42,482 nucleotides of DNA from Candidatus Brocadiia bacterium. GTDB lineage: Bacteria > Planctomycetota > Brocadiia > SM23-32. Position numbers and translations under genes: made by a program. The notes beneath the pieces are model-generated. The model saw only the letters and a program-made list of their open reading frames with translations. It was not told where the DNA came from and did no database searches. Shown here one piece after another: positions 39,361 to 42,482 of this stretch. The stretch covers positions 1 through 42,482 of the forward strand of contig JBKHIT010000042.1 in assembly GCA_046538485.1 (NCBI GenBank), read 5' to 3'. Positions within the stretch are counted from its first letter, which is position 1; each line of letters begins with the position of its first letter.

Positions 39361-40581
39361 TCAAGCGGCGGCTCGCCTCTGTTGGCTGCGCCTGCTTGCA
39401 TGGAATGTTTCATCATACAGGGTTCGATTCCGCCACATCGCGTGCAGTATCTTCACCCATTTTTGCGCCAGACATCGCAGAGCGTGGTGGTGCCCTTTGC
39501 ACTCGTTGCGCTTCTTTTGGTAATAATCGCTTGCCCAGCAATCATCCCTCTGTCGGGACGAGTCGGCCAGGTTGATAAAACACTGGTGAATTACCCGATC
39601 GTAAGCGACGCGTTTTCTCATTTCCCGGTATTCTCCCGATTCCTCCGTTACCGGGACCACACCATAGAAGGCCGCATAACTGCGCCAGGAGGGTGCGTTC
39701 TCTCGATGCTTACCAAAAGCCAGGCACAGACCTGTGATGGTCATCTCACTGTTGGTTGGGAGGGATTCGAAAATCTCCCGTTCCGCTTGATCATCGTGTA
39801 GATCCGATATTCTTTCCTCCAGCTGCTGAATTTGCTCTGTGAAAGAGCGGACCATCTCCAGCAAGGAGCGAATCTGTAGCCGATAGGTCTGTGCCTCCTG
39901 TCTTTCGTAACGCATGGGCTCCCGTTGAGCCGCGCGCCGGATTTTTTTCTGCGTTTTCCCCTGCATACTGTGGTGTTTGATAAAAGCGTTGAGGCTGTTG
40001 CCATGCCAGTCGCACAGATCCTGATCGAGAGGACATTGCTGCAGGAGATCAATGACCCACCGGAGGTCCATACAGGTGGCAAGATCTTGAAGAATGGGAG
40101 CACGCTCGGAGAGCATGTTCCGCAGTTTTTGTATCTGCTGACTTCGTGAATCCACCTGGCTTTTTCTCAACCGCATCAGACGCAGCAGTTGCCGATCACG
40201 GGCAACCTGAGGGCGCAGCGCCTTAGCACCGTGACAGCCCGTATGCACCATTTTTGCGTGCACGAAGGCATCGATGCTGTCATCTTTCCCACCAGCCGGC
40301 CGAAACATATCGCGTGCTCGGCTGGCGCTTTTGGGATTGATACCGTAAACCTCAAAAGTTTCAGCCATCAGCATGGTGGTCACCAACCCGCCTTTGTGAT
40401 CGATGCCAATACGCACATTGCTGGGGTCGGGTTCATGGCCTCGAATGCGCTCAATGAATGCATTGACACCTTCGACCGACCGCTGAAACGTGCCTTCTTC
40501 TTTGACACTCTGACCATCTTCAGTGAGAATCACAAAGTGTTGCGCGGATGTACGGGCCCAATCAATACCAACAGAAACCAT
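39361..40581 (-). CDS. IS110-family transposase/recombinase
   Basis: GIDWA, INP, GKDDSIDA RuvC-like motifs; P.TEESG serine loop; YYQKKR..GHHHALRCLA..W..I...MW C-terminus; AAAGGAG RBS before ATG 40581. Confidence 0.92.
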   Translation of the reverse strand: MVSVGIDWARTSAQHFVILTEDGQSVKEEGTFQRSVEGVNAFIERIRGHEPDPSNVRIGIDHKGGLVTTMLMAETFEVYGINPKSASRARDMFRPAGGKDDSIDAFVHAKMVHTGCHGAKALRPQVARDRQLLRLMRLRKSQVDSRSQQIQKLRNMLSERAPILQDLATCMDLRWVIDLLQQCPLDQDLCDWHGNSLNAFIKHHSMQGKTQKKIRRAAQREPMRYERQEAQTYRLQIRSLLEMVRSFTEQIQQLEERISDLHDDQAEREIFESLPTNSEMTITGLCLAFGKHRENAPSWRSYAAFYGVVPVTEESGEYREMRKRVAYDRVIHQCFINLADSSRQRDDCWASDYYQKKRNECKGHHHALRCLAQKWVKILHAMWRNRTLYDETFHASRRSQQRRAAA

Positions 40582-40619
40582 TCTATCTCTCCTTTGATCT
40601 TTGGGGAGGTAGATGAAAG

Positions 40620-40850
40620 CGGGAGCCAACCAAACTTCGCTGGCGGTTATCCTACAATGGCCCTGTCCCGCAAGAGGGACGGGCTCGTCCTACATTGTTC
40701 CTTTGCGAAGGGATGGTTGCCGACGGGCGCGCCTGCCAGGCCGTCAACACGGCTGATGCCTGAGGCCCTGCCGGCAACCAGGTTGCGATCGCCGAGCGCG
40801 CTCTACCGTTTAGCCTCACAGCTTGCAACCATCAAGCACGAGACGTATCA
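40620..40850 (-). ncRNA. Candidate IS110 bridge RNA
   Basis: Non-coding leader of the IS110 gene folds into three consecutive stem-loops with internal loops (40781-40830, 40714-40780, 40635-40710). Confidence 0.55.
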
Positions 40851-40921
40851 TGACCGACCGAAACTGGAGATTCCTGCACAAGCGTCAGAAAATTTCTACC
40901 GCCTTCTGAAGGAGCCGGTTT

Positions 40922-42325
40922 ATGTCAGACTCACAGCCAAATGTGCTTTTTCTGTTCACCGATGACCAGCGGTTCGATACCATCCACGGCCTCGGGTGCG
41001 GAGCGATTCAAACACCAAACATCGATCAACTCGTTCAGCGCGGGACCGCTTTCACCCGGGCACATATCCCCTGCGGAACAAGCGCGGCTGTCTGTATGCC
41101 GAGCCGGGCCATGCTGATGAGCGGGCGGACGCTTTTCCATCTTGAAGGCGCCGGGAACACCATCCCGGAAGAGCACACGACCCTCGGAGAAGCATTTCGC
41201 GCGGCCGGCTATGAAACGTTTGGAACGGGAAAATGGCATAATGGTCGGGAAGCTTATCATCGGAGTTTCAGCGACGGCGATGAGATTTTTTTCGGAGGTA
41301 TGAGCGATCACTGGAACGTTCCCGCCTACCACTACGATCCCAGCGGGCGGTACGACAGCAAGATACCCGTCTGCCCCAATCCCGGACGAAGCAATGAACT
41401 CAACTGGAGGAACTGCGATCACATCAATGCCGGCACCCATTCCAGCGAAATGCTGGCCGATGCGACCATTGATTTCCTGAATCGACACGACCCGAACAAT
41501 CCATTTATGTCGTATACGTCTTTCCTGGCACCTCACGACCCGCGTACGATGCCTGACAAATACCATGAGATGTATGAACCCGATGAGATCCAGCTTCCCC
41601 CGAATTTCGCTGGTGCCCATCCGTTCGACAACGGCGAACTGCATATTCGCGATGAGATGCTGGCCGGTTTTCCGCGAACGCCCGAAGAAACCCGCCGCCA
41701 TATCGCCGAATACTACGCGATGATCAGCCACCTCGACGCCCAGATTGGACGCATTTTGACTGCGCTCGATGAAAACGGCCTGACCGACGACACTATTGTG
41801 GTGCTGGCAGGAGACAACGGGCTGGCGGTCGGGCGTCACGGTCTGTTCGGAAAACAGAACCTTTATGACCACAGCGTACGCGTGCCGCTGATCTTTGCGG
41901 GACCAGGTATTGTGGAAAATCAGCGATCTGAATCATTCGCCTATTTGCTTGACGTCTTCCCCACCCTCTGCGACCTTACCGGCATCGATATTCCGGAAAG
42001 CGTCGAAGGCCGTAGCCTTCGATCGGCTCTTCAAGATCCCAGAAAACAGGTCCGGGAGAAACTTTTCTTTGCCTACACTGATTGTCAACGTGGCCTGCGC
42101 GACCAGCGTTACAAACTCATTCAATACGTCGTCGATGGCCGCCATAACATGACCCAGCTGTTCGACCTCCGGGAAGATCCGTGGGAACTCAACAATCTGG
42201 CAACAAACGCGAATTACGCCGAAAAGCGCGACGAACTGCGCGGGATGCTTTCTGAGTATTCAAAGCGCTGGGACGACACAGATAGCAGCTGGGGTAAGAC
42301 ATTTTGGGATGGGTTCACCGCCTGA
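40922..42325 (+). CDS. Sulfatase (Cys type, choline-sulfatase-like)
   Basis: PNVLFLFTDDQR, CMPSR signature, GKWH, APHDPR, DNGLAVGRHGLFGKQNLY and DLREDPWELNNL motifs; AAGGAG RBS. Confidence 0.93.
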   Translation: MSDSQPNVLFLFTDDQRFDTIHGLGCGAIQTPNIDQLVQRGTAFTRAHIPCGTSAAVCMPSRAMLMSGRTLFHLEGAGNTIPEEHTTLGEAFRAAGYETFGTGKWHNGREAYHRSFSDGDEIFFGGMSDHWNVPAYHYDPSGRYDSKIPVCPNPGRSNELNWRNCDHINAGTHSSEMLADATIDFLNRHDPNNPFMSYTSFLAPHDPRTMPDKYHEMYEPDEIQLPPNFAGAHPFDNGELHIRDEMLAGFPRTPEETRRHIAEYYAMISHLDAQIGRILTALDENGLTDDTIVVLAGDNGLAVGRHGLFGKQNLYDHSVRVPLIFAGPGIVENQRSESFAYLLDVFPTLCDLTGIDIPESVEGRSLRSALQDPRKQVREKLFFAYTDCQRGLRDQRYKLIQYVVDGRHNMTQLFDLREDPWELNNLATNANYAEKRDELRGMLSEYSKRWDDTDSSWGKTFWDGFTA

Positions 42326-42482
42326 GGGAAACCGAACAGCCGACAAAATAGATTTCGCGCACATGCGCGCACGCTTAGCGTATCAATTGCCATTCCAAAA
42401 GAGGCCCGTAGGGCCGGAGCAGGCGTAGCCCCGGGCTACGGCGTGAATTGTCGTGATAGAGCACCGAGTCGTAAACGGTGCA

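Larger units (their letters stand above)
39345..40898 (-). mobile_element. IS110-family insertion sequence (ends approximate)
   Basis: IS110 transposase with long structured upstream non-coding end and short downstream end; no TIRs seen; candidate junction repeat TTTCTA at 39345-39350 and 40893-40898. Confidence 0.7.

Noticed and set aside
39232..40965. Plus-strand ORFs 39232-39801 and 40189-40965 overlapping the IS
   Set aside because: Antisense to the transposase and its structured leader, with no recognisable protein features

Overview
A 42.5 kb bacterial chromosomal window, moderately GC-rich, with about 28 recognisable protein genes. Gene content (sulfatases, heparinase II/III-like protein, DUF4159/prenyltransferase-repeat protein, BatA-like VWA protein, URO-D-like and Gfo/Idh/MocA proteins, ETF/acyl-CoA dehydrogenase) suggests an anaerobic, glycan-degrading Planctomycetota/PVC-type organism; several strongly acidic proteins hint at a saline habitat (both are inferences). 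Housekeeping genes include etfBA, nfo, tRNA-Arg(ACG), smpB, pgi and recQ. The most notable signals are non-coding: (1) an IS110-family element with a highly structured ~300 nt leader (bridge-RNA candidate) inserted just upstream of a sulfatase; (2) a ~154 bp two-module dispersed repeat (4 intergenic copies) whose hairpins depend on G-T/G-U pairs on opposite strands; (3) GTRG-headed REP palindromes with compensatory changes, a TIR-bounded MITE and further palindromic families that cluster and nest in the same intergenic hot spots; (4) an unannotated 30-aa membrane peptide gene with its own sigma70-like promoter and RBS. All product calls come from motif recognition by eye; no database search was run.
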